Shown: positions 1 to 13,468 of the stretch, piece by piece | How the letters are laid out: each line of letters starts with the position of its first letter | Numbering within the stretch: position 1 is the first letter of the stretch | NCBI GenBank assembly: GCA_051294375.1 | Contig: CM119264.1 | Coordinates: forward strand, 2,774,777 to 2,832,459 | DNA from: Paraspadella gotoi | Lineage: Eukaryota > Animalia > Chaetognatha | Reading direction: 5' to 3' | Length of the DNA stretch: 57,683 nt | The notes under the pieces: model-generated | What the model saw: the letters and a program-made list of their open reading frames with translations, nothing else | Database searches by the model: none | Told to the model about the DNA's origin: nothing | Translations under genes and position numbers: made by a program

Positions 1-421
1 CTCTCCCGTTAACGTTTCCCTCAAGAACAGTTCGCTCTAATTACTAGCGTGCACTAGTGCATGCACAGGCCAGCGTGCACTCAAGCTTACGTGCGCCATG
101 TCATTGCGTTGTCGTCCAAATTAAAACATACTAGGCTTTATTAAGGTTTTACTTCAATTATACTTCAATAAAGCCAGGAATTGATTAAATAAGATTTTAA
201 TTAAATATCCTAATGTTTATTGGTCCCTATTTTCCGAAAGCGCTCCATTTCAGCTTAAATTTAGAACGAAGTTTCTTTTTTTTTCTTTTTAAGGTTTAGT
301 TTTGAATTACGGATTTAAATATTTTTAAAGATACTAGGGTTAAAATTAAGTTTAGGAACATAAATGGGGTGCTTCCGGAAAATAGTGAAGTTAATTGTAT
401 CAGCATGATTGTAACTTTTAG

Positions 422-452
<31 letters not shown>

Positions 453-657
453 NNNNNNNNNNNNNNNNNNNNNNNNNNNNNNNNNNNNNNNNNNNNNNNN
501 NNNNNNNNNNNNNNNNNNNNNNNNNNNNNNNNNNNNNNNNNNNNNNNNNNNNNNNNNNNNNNNNNNNNNNNNNNNNNNNNNNNNNNNNNNNNNNNNNNNN
601 NNNNNNNNNNNNNNNNNNNNNNNNNNNNNNNNNNNNTTCGCATGTTTTACTAATCAG

Positions 658-699
658 GACGTTGAAAGCCGACGTCGCCGCTACTCGGGATCAAGCCGA

Positions 700-738
<39 letters not shown>

Positions 739-871
739 TGATGACGACGATCAAGACTCCGGTGATGAAGAGGAGTCCACCTTGACGTCCACCATGGAAC
801 CAACCACCATGGAATCGACCACCAACGTCAGGGAGACCAAAGTGGCTTCGATCACGAGTAGGCATCACTGA
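658..871 (+). CDS. Possible exon encoding an acidic poly-Asp / Thr-rich segment, product unknown
   Basis: TACTAATCAG branch/acceptor at 648-657, GC-rich island, open frame ...DDDD QDSGDEEESTLTSTMEPTTMESTT. Confidence 0.35.
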
Positions 872-2274
872 CCACTGATCACAGTCGGGTCAGGGCGTAG
901 GCGTTGGGCGTTTTCTGGCCCCTTGTGGAAAATGTAATTGCTTTTCTGTGGAACCGAAATAAGACATAATTGAAATTTGTAAAATTAAGAATTTTTATGT
1001 AGATTTTAGGTTAAAAAATAGTCCTAATCGCAAATTGACCCCCCATAAATTTATATTTAATATATCTATTTAATATATTTATTTATTATTTTATATTTAA
1101 TTTCTATTTCATGTTATATTTTATATTTCTAAATAATATTTCTATTTCATACCATTTCTACTTCATATTATTTTTCATGTTCCTAAATCAGCTTTCTATT
1201 TCTTTTTTTTTTTCATTATAATTTTATTTTATATTTTTATTTCATGTTTTTTTTCATATTCCATATGAAAAGTCCTATGAAAACTAGTATTTAATAAATT
1301 TCAATAAACTATAAAAAATTTGTGCGATTCTTAATGAGGAATCACATCAATCAAATTGTGATTTTTTTTCGGTCGTAGCAACGTGTTTAANNNNNNNNNN
1401 NNNNNNNNNNNNNNNNNNNNNNNNNNNNNNNNNNNNNNNNNNNNNNNNNNNNNNNNNNNNNNNNNNNNNNNNNNNNNNNNNNNNNNNNNNNNNNNNNNNN
1501 NNNNNNNNNNNNNNNNNNNNNNNNNNNNNNNNNNNNNNNNNNNNNNNNNNNNNNNNNNNNNNNNNNNNNNNNNNNNNNNNNNNNNNNNNNNNNNNNNNNN
1601 NNNNNNNNNNNNNNNNNNNNNNNNNNNNNNNNNNNNNNNNNNNNNNNNNNNNNNNNNNNNNNNNNNNNNNNNNNNNNNNNNNNNNNNNNNNNNNNNNNNN
1701 NNNNNNNNNNNNNNNNNNNNNNNNNNNNNNNNNNNNNNNNNNNNNNNNNNNNNNNNNNNNNNNNNNNNNNNNNNNNNNNNNNNNNNNNNNNNNNNNNNNN
1801 NNNNNNNNNNNNNNNNNNNNNNNNNNNNNNNNNNNNNNNNNNNNNNNNNNNNNNNNNNNNNNNNNNNNNNNNNNNNNNNNNNNNNNNNNNNNNNNNNNNN
1901 NNNNNNNNNNNNNNNNNNNNNNNNNNNNNNNNNNNNNNNNNNNNNNNNNNNNNNNNNNNNNNNNNNNNNNNNNNNNNNNNNNNNNNNNNNNNNNNNNNNN
2001 NNNNNNNNNNNNNNNNNNNNNNNNNNNNNNNNNNNNNNNNNNNNNNNNNNNNNNNNNNNNNNNNNNNNNNNNNNNNNNNNNNNNNNNNNNNNNNNNNNNN
2101 NNNNNNNNNNNNNNNNNNNNNNNNNNNNNNNNNNNNNNNNNNNNNNNNNNNNNNNNNNNNNNNNNNNNNNNNNNNNNNNNNNNNNNNNNNNNNNNNNNNN
2201 NNNNNNNNNNNNNNNNNNNNNNNNNNNNNNNNNNNNNNNNNNNNNNNNNNNNNNNNNNNNNNNNNNNNNNNNNN

Positions 2275-2546
2275 CAGACCCCTCAAGCGACACCCCCAAA
2301 GAAATTCGTCCCCGTCCCGTCGCCAGAAGTAGGCGTGGCAAAGCGCGGAAAGTCATCGCGTCTCATCTTCATCCGGCCTCAGTGACGTCATGGAATCTAC
2401 AGCAGCAGCAACAGCAGCAGCGGCAACTTCAGCAGCTGCAGCAGCGTCAACTTCAGCAACTGCAGCAGCAACAACAGCAGCAGCGGCTCAAGATCAATGG
2501 TTGTCCCGGGAAGAGATCCGCCGCTCGAACGGAAATCGAGAAATGA
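2275..2546 (+). CDS. Possible exon with a CAG-repeat (poly-Gln or poly-Ala) tract, product unknown
   Basis: GC-rich island after an N-gap with an interrupted CAG/CAA repeat; reading frame ambiguous. Confidence 0.3.
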
Positions 2547-2982
2547 AAAGAAAAAGAAAAAAAAATCAAATAGACGAAAAAAATAAAAAATAAAAAATTC
2601 ATAGATAAATCTTGTTTATTCCTTCCTTTCTTTTTCTTTTTTTTCCTCTCTTTCCTTTTTCCATCCTTTCTTTTCTTTTCTTGTCTCTTCTCTTGTTCCT
2701 CTCTTTTTCTTTTCTCTTTCTTGTCTCTTCCCTTTTTTCTGTTTTTTTCTTTTCTTTTCTTTTTCTTGTCTCTTCCCTTTTTTCACTCTCTCTTTTCTCT
2801 TTTCTTCTCTCCTCCCTTTTTTTTTCTTTTTTCCTCTCTTCCCTTTTCCCTCCCCCTTATTTTTTGTCCATTACCCCTTTTCTCTATCTCTCTTTCTTTT
2901 CTCCCTTTTTCGATTTAGGAAGATAAACTATTAAATCAGAGATTTCTATCTTTTCCCTCAGCCCCTGTTCATCTCTCGGGAG

Positions 2983-3024
<42 letters not shown>

Positions 3025-3143
3025 AGAGAGAAGAGAGAGAGAGAGAGTGAGCGGGGTGAATGTATTATCATTTGAGGGAGGGGGGAGGAAAATGAGGAGG
3101 AGGGGGAAAAAGGGGGAAGAGAGGGAGGAGAGAGAGAGATGGG

Positions 3144-6100
3144 GAGATGATGTAACAGGGGCTGAGGGTAAAGATAGAATCTCCTGATTTAATAGTTTAT
3201 CTTCCTAAATCGAAAAAAGGAGAAAAAAAGAGAGATAGAGAAGGGTAATGGACAAAAATAAGGGGGAGGGAAAAGGGAAGAGAGGAATAAAAGAAAAAGA
3301 AGGGAGGAGAGAAGAAAAGAGAAATAGAGAGAGTGAAAAAAAGGAAAGAGACTCACTACGGGATAAGAACACAGAGATACAACAGTGGACTAACATGGCT
3401 AAGAGAGCAAGAGGAATAAAGGGAACGAGACGAAAGAGAAAAGAAACCAAATAGAGTCGGAGAACAAGAGAGAGAACAAAGAAAGTAAAAGATAGAGCGA
3501 GTGGTAAGATAGGAAAGAAAGAAACAGAAAAAGAAAAAGAAAGGAGCATAATAACAAGCCATCCCTCGGTGAGTCCTATGAAATTTTTGTGAGTCTTTTT
3601 TAATTCCGAACTCTTTTCGAGGAGTCTTAGCTTTATATTGAGATTTTTTGGTGAATCTTCTTTTCTTTTTCCTTTTCATTTCTCCCGATTTTCCCGTTCG
3701 AGCGAGAAGCCGAGTGAATCTCTTCCGCGGGACAACCATTGATTGAGCCGTCTCTCGTGCTTGCTGTGTGCGCCTTGCTCTGTCTGCCCAATTGCCTGCG
3801 AAGTTTCGACGAGCTGTCTTGCAAGAGCTCACAATGTTAAGTTGCGCGCGCTGCTGCTGTTTTGCTGTGCTGCTGTAGGATTCCATTGTTATTACTGCCC
3901 TCCACCCCTGTATGCCGATGAAAGATAGAGCGCCCGATGACTTTCCCGCGTCTTTTTGTGTGTCGCCAACCGCCTACGTGTGCGTGAGTCGAATCTTTTG
4001 TGTGTGGAACCTGAGGGGATTTCAGACATTTCTTTGGGGGTCTGTCGCTTGAGGGGTCTGGAAGTAGGGTGATTAGGGGGAAATGTTTGTTCGCTTAAGG
4101 GGATAGCGCGGGGTGTTGAGAGGGATAAAATGACCGAATGTTGAGACGAGAAGGTGTTTTTGAGCAGAAGACCAAGGAGATAAAACGGAATAACAGGATT
4201 CAGTTAATCGATGTAAACGAAAATTATATAATTGTTTTAACTAGAATAAATATGTAGTTTTTTTAAATAATATACTGGAGAATGATTTTTCGTGATATTA
4301 TTATACTAGTCCGGTGTTTTGAAATTATAGGTGATATATATATAGTGGGCAAAAGGAGAAGATGAGACGATGATTTCGCGAGCGTGAGACGAGATAGCGA
4401 GCAAAAAGAAGAAGTTTAGTTAAACTGTGGAAATAGCTCCTGAAAAACGAGAAAGTTCACACAATAGAAGCAGTTGAAGTAGTTTTTGCCTAACAGGTGG
4501 CAAACGGGTCTAATAAATGAGAGAGAGAGAGACAGTAGGATTGAAGAAAGAGAGATAATTAAAAAAATAGTAGGCGAGGATGAGGAATTGGTGAGAGAGA
4601 GACGTACGGGCCACGGTGACGCGCAGCGAGCCCGGGAGGGAGGAAGCAGGGAGGACGAGAAGGACCAGGAAGAGGGAGAGCAGAAGGCAGGTGTGAGTAT
4701 CCGGAGGAGCGAGGAGAAGACGAGAAGAGGTCTGTAAGAGAAGAGAGAGATTGCAGAGGAAGTGATAGAATCGTAAACGATAGATGTGAGAGCAAAGACA
4801 CCGAGGGCCAGTGAACCTTCCCAGAAGTGGCAGAAATACAACCCGGGAAATGGAAGAGGGCGAGAGGAGACAAGACAAAGCATAGGGGTAGGATAGGTAT
4901 TGGAATCGTCAACGGAATAAAAGGAAAAAATATGTCACGGACGGATGCGGAGGAGGGGGAGACAAACGACGCTTTTCAAACCCACCGGACACTAAGTCAC
5001 ACACAACCTCATTAGGATAGATATGCCGTGGGCCGACAAAAAAGCTCAAAGGTAAACCAGCCAATAAAAAAAGCAGAGAAAGAAAAAAAAAATATCTGAT
5101 AAAAAAAATTCTAAAGGTCGGGGAGTGTTGCAAGGATGCCGCACTCAGGCGTCGGATGGATTCATATGTTAGCGGCGTCTAAGGTCGCATGTTGTTTTTC
5201 CGGAAACAATGTGTTGTTACAAATGTCAGAAGAAAGTATCGTACCACTTTGCCGGCCGAGACACATTGGCTTTCCTAGGGCGGTGGTGGCGTGCGGCGGG
5301 CGAGAGGCGAAGCGAATTGCTTTAATTGTCATCAACGGGATCATAGTTCGCTCGTGAATGCTACGATCCACTGGACTTCAGAGACAAGGTTGCGCTTTAA
5401 TCGGGCGGCCCGTGGTTGGCCAAGGCCAATGTCCTGGAACAACGAACACACAACACTTGGGAATTGGGAGGAGAACTCGAAAACCGGAAAGGCTTTAAAT
5501 TCCGTTGCAGCAGGCGTCGGCGGTTAGGTTGGGGCATAAACGACAAGCTCCAACTGACTCTTCGGCGTCTTTTTCCTCCACCGGCCGCGCCTCGTTATGG
5601 ATTCACTTCTTCCGTGGGCGTCGATGTAAGAGAGGAGAACGAGACTTTTCGTGGGCAGAGGAGAGACGAGCAGCGAGGAGAGAGAAATCGACCGCAGGGG
5701 ACGGAGCACGCAGGCACGAGAGTATGAGACGAGAGAGAAGAGAGAGAAGTAGACGCGCACGGTCGTACCGTCGAGACACATCCTCTGGTGTCCGAATCTG
5801 CCAGTGACTGTTGATTCCTTTTCAATCGAGCATTCAATAAGCGGCCGCCGATCCCCTGGCATTACGAGCGGGACAATAGTGGATTTTTCCGGTAAACCAG
5901 CGCCCATGGCACGGGGATTCTCGGCAAGCGAGGAGTTTTGCTTCTCTCAGAGGGACTCAGGATTTTTGTTGATTAACTAACACTTTTTTGTTCCATGTTT
6001 TTGGTCAATGCGGTGGTGGTCACACCTTTTTTGTTTTATTATTGGTAGGATAATCCTTGACCTGCACAAATGTAATCGATTGAGTAGGGTTCTATCGGGA

Positions 6101-9100
6101 CGCGTTGAGAATTTCAGGTCGATAAGCTCTCTCGGATCCTTTAAGTACCAGTCCGCATGAAGAAGCATTTTTAAAAAACTGTGGTCATCTTCCGATGCTG
6201 GCGACGGTTGCCGGGGACTATTACTTGCAGCAGCTGCCATGAGTCCCGGACACAATCATATGAGCCACTGCGATTGTCCAGCCAACAGCCATGTATGCTC
6301 ACATCTACACTGGTCATCTAATTGAGCAGATATTGACTCACTTTGCCGTTTTGTTTCTGCGAATAGTCCAAGTAAGGGTGCAATCAGCTTCGGATCTACC
6401 CGCTTTTCCCTGGCTCCTGGATAAACCCCGTCAACCTACGTCACTCGGAAGACATGAGGGCACCGCCTAAGCTGCAGAGTGCGTCTCTCAGGTGCATTAA
6501 TCTCTTTAGATAAATTATCAAAACATCAGCCGTTGAGGTGAACCGGTTACCGTATGCCTCACACTATACCTTAAATACACCGGTGACGTCGAAATCTTTC
6601 GAATGTGAGCTGGACTCTTCCTCCTGAAAACTTCTACTCACTATCACAAAAAACGAGTTAGGTTCATTTCCACATTTACACGTTTGCTCTACAAGACGAA
6701 CCACGCGCCACGAGACCCCCGAATCAACAGACAAATCGCACCGACCCATTACTATTTGACAACTGCAGCTGTGGCGTGCAAGAATCCCCTCCTCATTAAG
6801 AATCATGGCCTGCCGACTTCTCGAGACATCCATAGGCATTATACTGTTTGTTGATCCAGATTTTTTTTTAAATTCTCAATTAAATACTAGTTTTTCATAG
6901 GACTTTTTCACTGGTGAGAGCTCCGGTGAGATAGCTGGAATAGTAAACAGACCAGTGAGAATCCAGGACCAGGCCGTGGGTATCGGCCGGCCGTTCCGAG
7001 ACCACATCATAAATTAATAAATGAAAAAAACCGATCGACACCTACGATCTCAAAGAACTAGAGACGCGAGAGATGTGGCAGCGTTTAGGAACGACCATTT
7101 TACAGACAACGACACCAGAAAAGAGTTATATGTGCCAGGTGGAAAAGTAGAAATGGTATGAAATACGAAGTATCGATTCCGGATTGCGGGTAGATGATGG
7201 CAACGAGATGGATAAAGAGGCAGAATTCTAATCCATGAAGAAACAGATAGGCGAAATTTCGCCAACATGAGTCTAGTACACATAAATAAATAATATAATC
7301 TCCATTAAGATATCATTAGAGTCATAAACAACGTTTATGGTGGGGTCAATTTGCCCGCCGCTTGGAAAAGATTGTAGGGATATTACAAACCTTGGGGTCC
7401 TGCCGTTGTTGAACGCACCCCTTCAAAATCTACATCTCTACACAATTCTCTTAAGTTCTTTTACAAATTTATCATTCCTCGATGGCCGACCCGGATTTAG
7501 CTTGTCTTAGGTACCATTTCGGGGCTTGCGTGTAGGATGAACACTTCACGCAGAGGCAAATTAGGACAGCGCGCGATATGATTCGATTCCACTTTCTCCC
7601 AAGCAGAAAGAAGAACGGCCCAGGAGACCAAGCGACCGCCCTTCATATCGTCCTTACCGCCGCCCAACAACCGACTTTCCGGCCAGGAATGCCTAAAAGA
7701 GATTAGCCATGAACCTGTGTTTTTCATGAGAGTGAATCAATGCTCCATTCATCGGCCGTTGGCTACGCGTCCGCGGCCGCACACACAGTGGACTATCGAG
7801 AGTTCAAGAAGTACACAGCCATATGGTGCTCGCTAGCTCCACGCCTACGAACAGGCCGGTATATATAGGGTCCGGTTGGTGGACGTGACTGACTTCGCGC
7901 CTTCATGCGGCTGTGTGTTCCGAAGTTAATCGCATGGTGGACGTCAAAGGTGGACCTCTCGTGCCTCCTCTTCATCACCGCGGATGTCTTGATTCCCGGG
8001 TACCGTGCCCATGCATCGAGATCGCCAGTCGTACCGGTCGGTAGGTCCGTGCACTTGTTTCGTGTCGTCACCTCGGCGTTCCGCTCCATTACCTCCTCTC
8101 TCGCGAGTACCAAAGACGGGTCCGACAGAGTGACGTTCCTCGCCGCTCTTCAAAACCCGTCCTGACCATTAGCTCATAGGGCCAGAATCCAGCCACGAGC
8201 AGCCGGGCACGCCCGCCGAGGAGAGAGCCGTTTAGCGTGAATTTCAGATTCCGAGAGCGGAGACACCGCGTATTCTCATCGTGCCACGACGTCGACAGGC
8301 ACACAGGGGGCCGATCGAAGATTCACCGGAAGATGGAAGAGGGAGAGAGCAGTAGATGATACGAAAGAGAAAGAGAGAGCGATCCGAGAGAGATGAGGTA
8401 CGAGGACAGACGGAACGGAATAAGAGAGTGCACGCGAGAGAGCAGGGAGGAGACAGAGACGCTGGAGTGGGTGACAGGTCAGGACACGCAGAGCCGGTCA
8501 ACGCTTCTAGGTGCGAACCCGTTTTTCAAGAGAGGAATTATAACGCGAACCAATCTATGCTGATACAATCGCATCTCTCGCGACAATGGTCCCACGATGT
8601 AACTTCACCTAATTGTGATTGCCGACCCAGGGGCAGAGAGACCACAACTCCCACCTTTGTATAGATTCTCGCTAAACTTAACGATACTCTAACTCGCTAG
8701 CTACCATCCTTTAAAATATTTAAAATCCCGCGGGAGCAGGAGGCGGACTTTCGAGGCGGTAACGTGACACTTCAAAACTACAACCGTCTTACACGAACGT
8801 CAAGGAACGACGAACAAAGAGCGAGGAGCTAGAATGTGCTGAATAATTTAACAAGCTGGAAATGGACAGCGCTTTTCGGAAAAATAGGGAACACGACATT
8901 AAACGAGGTCATGAGGATATTTAATGTGGAGAAATCTTTATTGGTACATCTCTGCGGATAAATCTGCGCTCGGCGTGTGTATTGAAGTATAAATGAAGTA
9001 ACACCTTAAATACAGCGCGTGTATCGCTATAAATTTGGAGCGCGGAATACAAACCACGCACAAGGTGGACATGGCGCACGACATAGCTTGAGTGCAACAG

Positions 9101-9178
9101 CTGGCCTGTGCATGCACTAGTGCACTGCCTAGTAATTAAGAGCGAACTGTTCTTGAGGGAAACGTTAACGGGAGAGAG
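3144..9178 (-). other. Error-laden inverted copy of 1-2977 (probable untrimmed long-read fold-back)
   Basis: Reverse-complement matches: 9068-9178 to 1-100, 7905-8165 to 650-900, 6881-6910 to 1266-1295, 3150-4060 to 2275-2970; differences are dominated by indels. Confidence 0.85.
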
Positions 9179-12100
9179 ATACGTTAGTATTTCTTTCCCA
9201 CCGAGTGTTTTAAAGGATTGATTAGGAGATTCCGGAAGCAATTATGGATATTGAGGAGGACCAGCAAAACCCAGGAAGGAGGAAGTAAAATATGGGATTA
9301 GAGAATTTCCCATTGAGGAAGAAGATTTCCAAAAATATTTTTTATATGTTTTTAGAAGGGGTATAAGGCATGGATGGCAAACTTTAAAACCAAAAAAATT
9401 AAGTTATTTAGGTCATTTTCTTTTTACTGAAGTAATAATAATTTTTTAATTGCCATATGAAAATAATGGGTAATAGATTTTTAGAATTTATCTTTTTTTT
9501 TCGGCTGAACAATGATAAAAAAAAAAAAAAAAAAAAGAAAAATAACAAAAAAAAAAAGAAAAAAAAAAAAAAAAACAAACTAAAAAGAACATAAGAGAAA
9601 AAATAAAAATAGAAATAATGAAAAAAATAAAAAGAACAAAAAAAAAAAAGTAAAAAAAAAAACAAAAAAAAAAAAAAAGAAAAAAAAAAAAAAGAAAAAA
9701 AAAAAGAACCAAAAAAATAAGGAAAAAGAAAAAAGAAGAAAAAAAAAAAAAAATAAAAAATAAAAAAAAAAGAAGAAAAAAAAAAAAAAAAAGGAAAAAT
9801 AAAAAATCAAACAAAAAAAAAAAAAAAATAAAAAAAAAACAAGCAAAAAAAACGACAAAAAAGAAAGGACATAGCAAAGGAAAAGAGTTAGGAAACGTCG
9901 TTGACGATATATCTCGTGGCTTCTCACTCGAGCGCGATGAACCGCCAAAGAACACGCAAACGGAAAGCAAAGAAAAGAAAACGAGGCGAAAAGAAGCAAA
10001 AACGAAAGCAAAGAAAACGAAAGACGACGACCACGCAACATCCACCAAGAACTAAGATTAATAGTAAATAGCAAAATCGAATAGAACGAAAATGACGACT
10101 TAGAACAGTGGGAAAGTTAGGTTCACGAGGCCTCGATGAAAAAGAAAGAACAGAAAGACTCACCACGACAGAGAAAAAAGAGAATGAGAGGACCCTATTA
10201 TAAGAATATTATAAGAAAAAAGAATAAGAAACAGAAGAGAATGTTTAATAGGACAAAGAAAGTGTCAGACACAGAAGTAGAATTGGGAAAAAAAGAATAA
10301 CAATCAAGAAAGAGAAAAGGATTAATTAATAAACTAAATTAATTCGAGGTTATATATTTGTCAGGAATACGGCTTTTTTACTTTTTGCTTGTATTTAAAC
10401 ATTTATTAGTTTTTTAAGAGGTTAAAAGAAGAGAAAGAAAATGAAAAGAAAAGAAAGAATAGAGAAAGAGAAAAGAAAAAAAACACGCTTAAAAATTAAA
10501 TTTCTATGTAAATGGCTTAGTTAAAGTCGTTCTAGGTTAAAGGCTATAACGAGACGTGACATTCAGCAAACTATAAAAGATTCATAGGAGCCATTATTAT
10601 TGGTGTTTTTTTTTTTTTTTTTTTAAGAACAGAATACTGGTCTTGGTCCTACGCATAAAGTAAGCTAAAAATTTGATTTGCGCGAGCGTCTAGATACACA
10701 AAGAGGGAGCCGCGTCGATATATTGGAACCCGCGAATGGAACCGCGCGCGAACCGGCGCCGGTAGCGCCCCTTAAAGTATGAACACATCTTATACTGCTG
10801 TCTCGTTCCCGCTTCTATAGGCGCCGGTTTATATCGTTTACGTTCTTTACCGTCATTAATCAAAGCGGGCTGTTTTATCACATGTGCACGCCCCGAGAAT
10901 GATAAAATTTAATAATAAATAAAAAGTGCGGAATAGGTCATATCCAAAAGGAGAGGAATCGAGAGATCAAGGAATCAGTTCGGACAAGAAACTCGACAGT
11001 GCGCGGGATATTGTACGGAGCGATCAGATGCCGAACCTCCAGGCGGATTCTCATGAGGAAATATCGCTTGCCGGAGAAGAAAGTCCTAATTGACACACAT
11101 TCTTTAAACACTATTGCTTAAATACAATATACTGGGTAAAATGTAAAAATGCGTATAAGATCCAAGATCAAAATTAAACCTCTAGGAAAATTTTCCTTTT
11201 TAAACTTAAAAAACTTTTCTGTTCGTAGTGACTCTTTAAACCGCCATTCTTTTTGCTTGGTGTCTTATCTAGTAAATAGATACGGGCGAAAGACAAAGGG
11301 TATAAGCAGTGCCTAACTCCAATATGAGAGTACAAGAGTAGAGGAACATATACGGTTACATGTTACAGTAACATTGGGCGTAAAGTCGCGCCCCAGTACT
11401 CAGTAATAGTTCATTTTAATAAAACAAGTTTGACTAAATAGAACAGTCCAGTACAGAGTATACAACCGTAAGACATTCAATAAACAGAATTTTGTGTCTA
11501 GTAGCGCACTAAAACGATTTGATATAGGTTTCCTTGTTTGTTATAATAAGTCTTACCTTTCTTTTTGCGTCCCATTGGCCTTCCTCTCTTTTTGTCTCTG
11601 TGTTTCTCTTCGGTTCGTATTTACATCAGATGTCACCGAAACTATCGTTCTTCTTTCATGTGCTCAATCCTGCTCTCTCTCCTCTCTCTCGTCTCTCTCT
11701 CTCTCATCTCACGTACATATTTTCTAAACTTACGTTATTGTAATCGTTAAAACATATCTGTTCGTGTCAAGGCCTTGTTAATCTTTTTTTTGATAAGAGG
11801 CCCTCGGAATAAGGAAGCGCGCGAATTGATGATGTAAGCACGAAGGGGTGACTATAAACGTCAGCGAGAGTCGTTCTTCCGGTAAAATTTGTCCCTCTCT
11901 ATTCAACGTATCTATAATTCTTTTATAATCGTGGTACCCCTGCGTAAACCTCTCATCACGACGTAGCCCCTGACTTCTACCTCTTTCTTCTCTCCCTATA
12001 CTCCTCACGACATCTTCACCCCTCTTCTCCTATCGCAATCCATAAAAATCCTGCATCGCTACACTTCACACTATCTATTACCTCCTCATTATTTCCACCA

Positions 12101-12373
12101 CTCACATTATTAACACCCTCCCACTGAGCTTTGCATGAAGGCCAAAATTTTTGACATCTCTCAGCGTCGAAAATTCTAATATTAATCCTATTTTTGTATA
12201 TTATATTTCCACTGGCGTCTCAAGGGAATAGAGATATGAAAGAAACCCTCTGATCCCTCTTTGATCTGACGTGGCATCAACTACACTGCTCTCATCAGGT
12301 CTCATATCTATTAAATTCTGGGACTCCAAAAGCACCCTCCTCTCCGCTCGACTCACGTGGTACTCTTCTTCTC

Positions 12374-12406
<33 letters not shown>

Positions 12407-13468
12407 CTCTCTCTCTCTCTCGCCTTTTTCTACATCATAGCTTTTCTCTTTTCGCCCACCTCCCTATTTCAGTTGGCTTCTTTGTGTAAATTATTTCTTT
12501 ATCAAGTCGGCGGCTTTTTCCCCTGTATAAGTTTCTAAATACGTCTAACGTTATATCTAATAATTTTATTAGATTCAGTTTAGCAATTTTATTGTAACAA
12601 AATGGTTTTGTTAGTTCGTCAAGAAAAAATTTACTTTGCGGCGAAACGCCATAATTTTCTGCTTTCTCTGTCATCGGCCTCAATTTTGAAAAAACTAATT
12701 TTTAGTTCATATGTTCTTGAAATAAAAACCTCGCATTCCACTTTCCAAACGACACATTTCTGATGAAATTTGGCAATTAGTCAATCGAGAATTCATGTAT
12801 ATTTTTGTAAATGTCGCGAAATCAATTAAGATCGACTATTTTATTAAGATTTTGTTTTTTTTTTAATTTAATATATTTATTTGTTATTATTTACTATTAA
12901 TTTAAACTTAACTTTAAAACGAATATTTTTTTCTTCTAAAGAATTTTTCCTCTAATGTGAAGGCAAAAGACTTCAGTTCCCCAAATTTATATTTTCTTTT
13001 CCTTTCCCGATTTCTCCTTGTCCTTTTTTCTTTTTTATTTCCATCCCCTTGTCCTTTTCCTCCCTTTCCCTTTTTCCCTCCTTTCCTTTTTTCCTCCCTT
13101 TCCTTTTTCCCATCCACGTTTCCGTTTTTCTTACCTCCCTTTCCTTTTGTTTTCCTCACACCTCTTATTTCTCCTTTTATATATAAACAACCATCAACGT
13201 TCACTTATATTACTCAATCCAACTCACTTTCCTTCATTTTTCCCTCTACCCTTTTCCTATCCATTTCCCTCCTCTCCTAAACTTTCCTTGTCCTTTTTCC
13301 TCATTCCCTTTCACCTTTCCCTTAATTTCCTTCTTTAACCACTCAACTCCCACCGATTTTACTTATCACAGACCACTTGTGACGATCCCTTTCCTTTTCC
13401 CCTCTCTTTCCTCTTTCCTATTCTCCTGCGTTTATGCTTTTTTCCTCCTTCTCCTGTGTGATCTGCAG

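Noticed and set aside
1331-2356. Long ORFs spanning N-runs (also 26989-28414 and 52570-53758)
   Set aside because: Length comes from translated gaps
4060-12870. ORFs resembling retroelement or novel proteins
   Set aside because: No recognisable RT, integrase or other motif; the region is noisy inverted-read and low-complexity sequence
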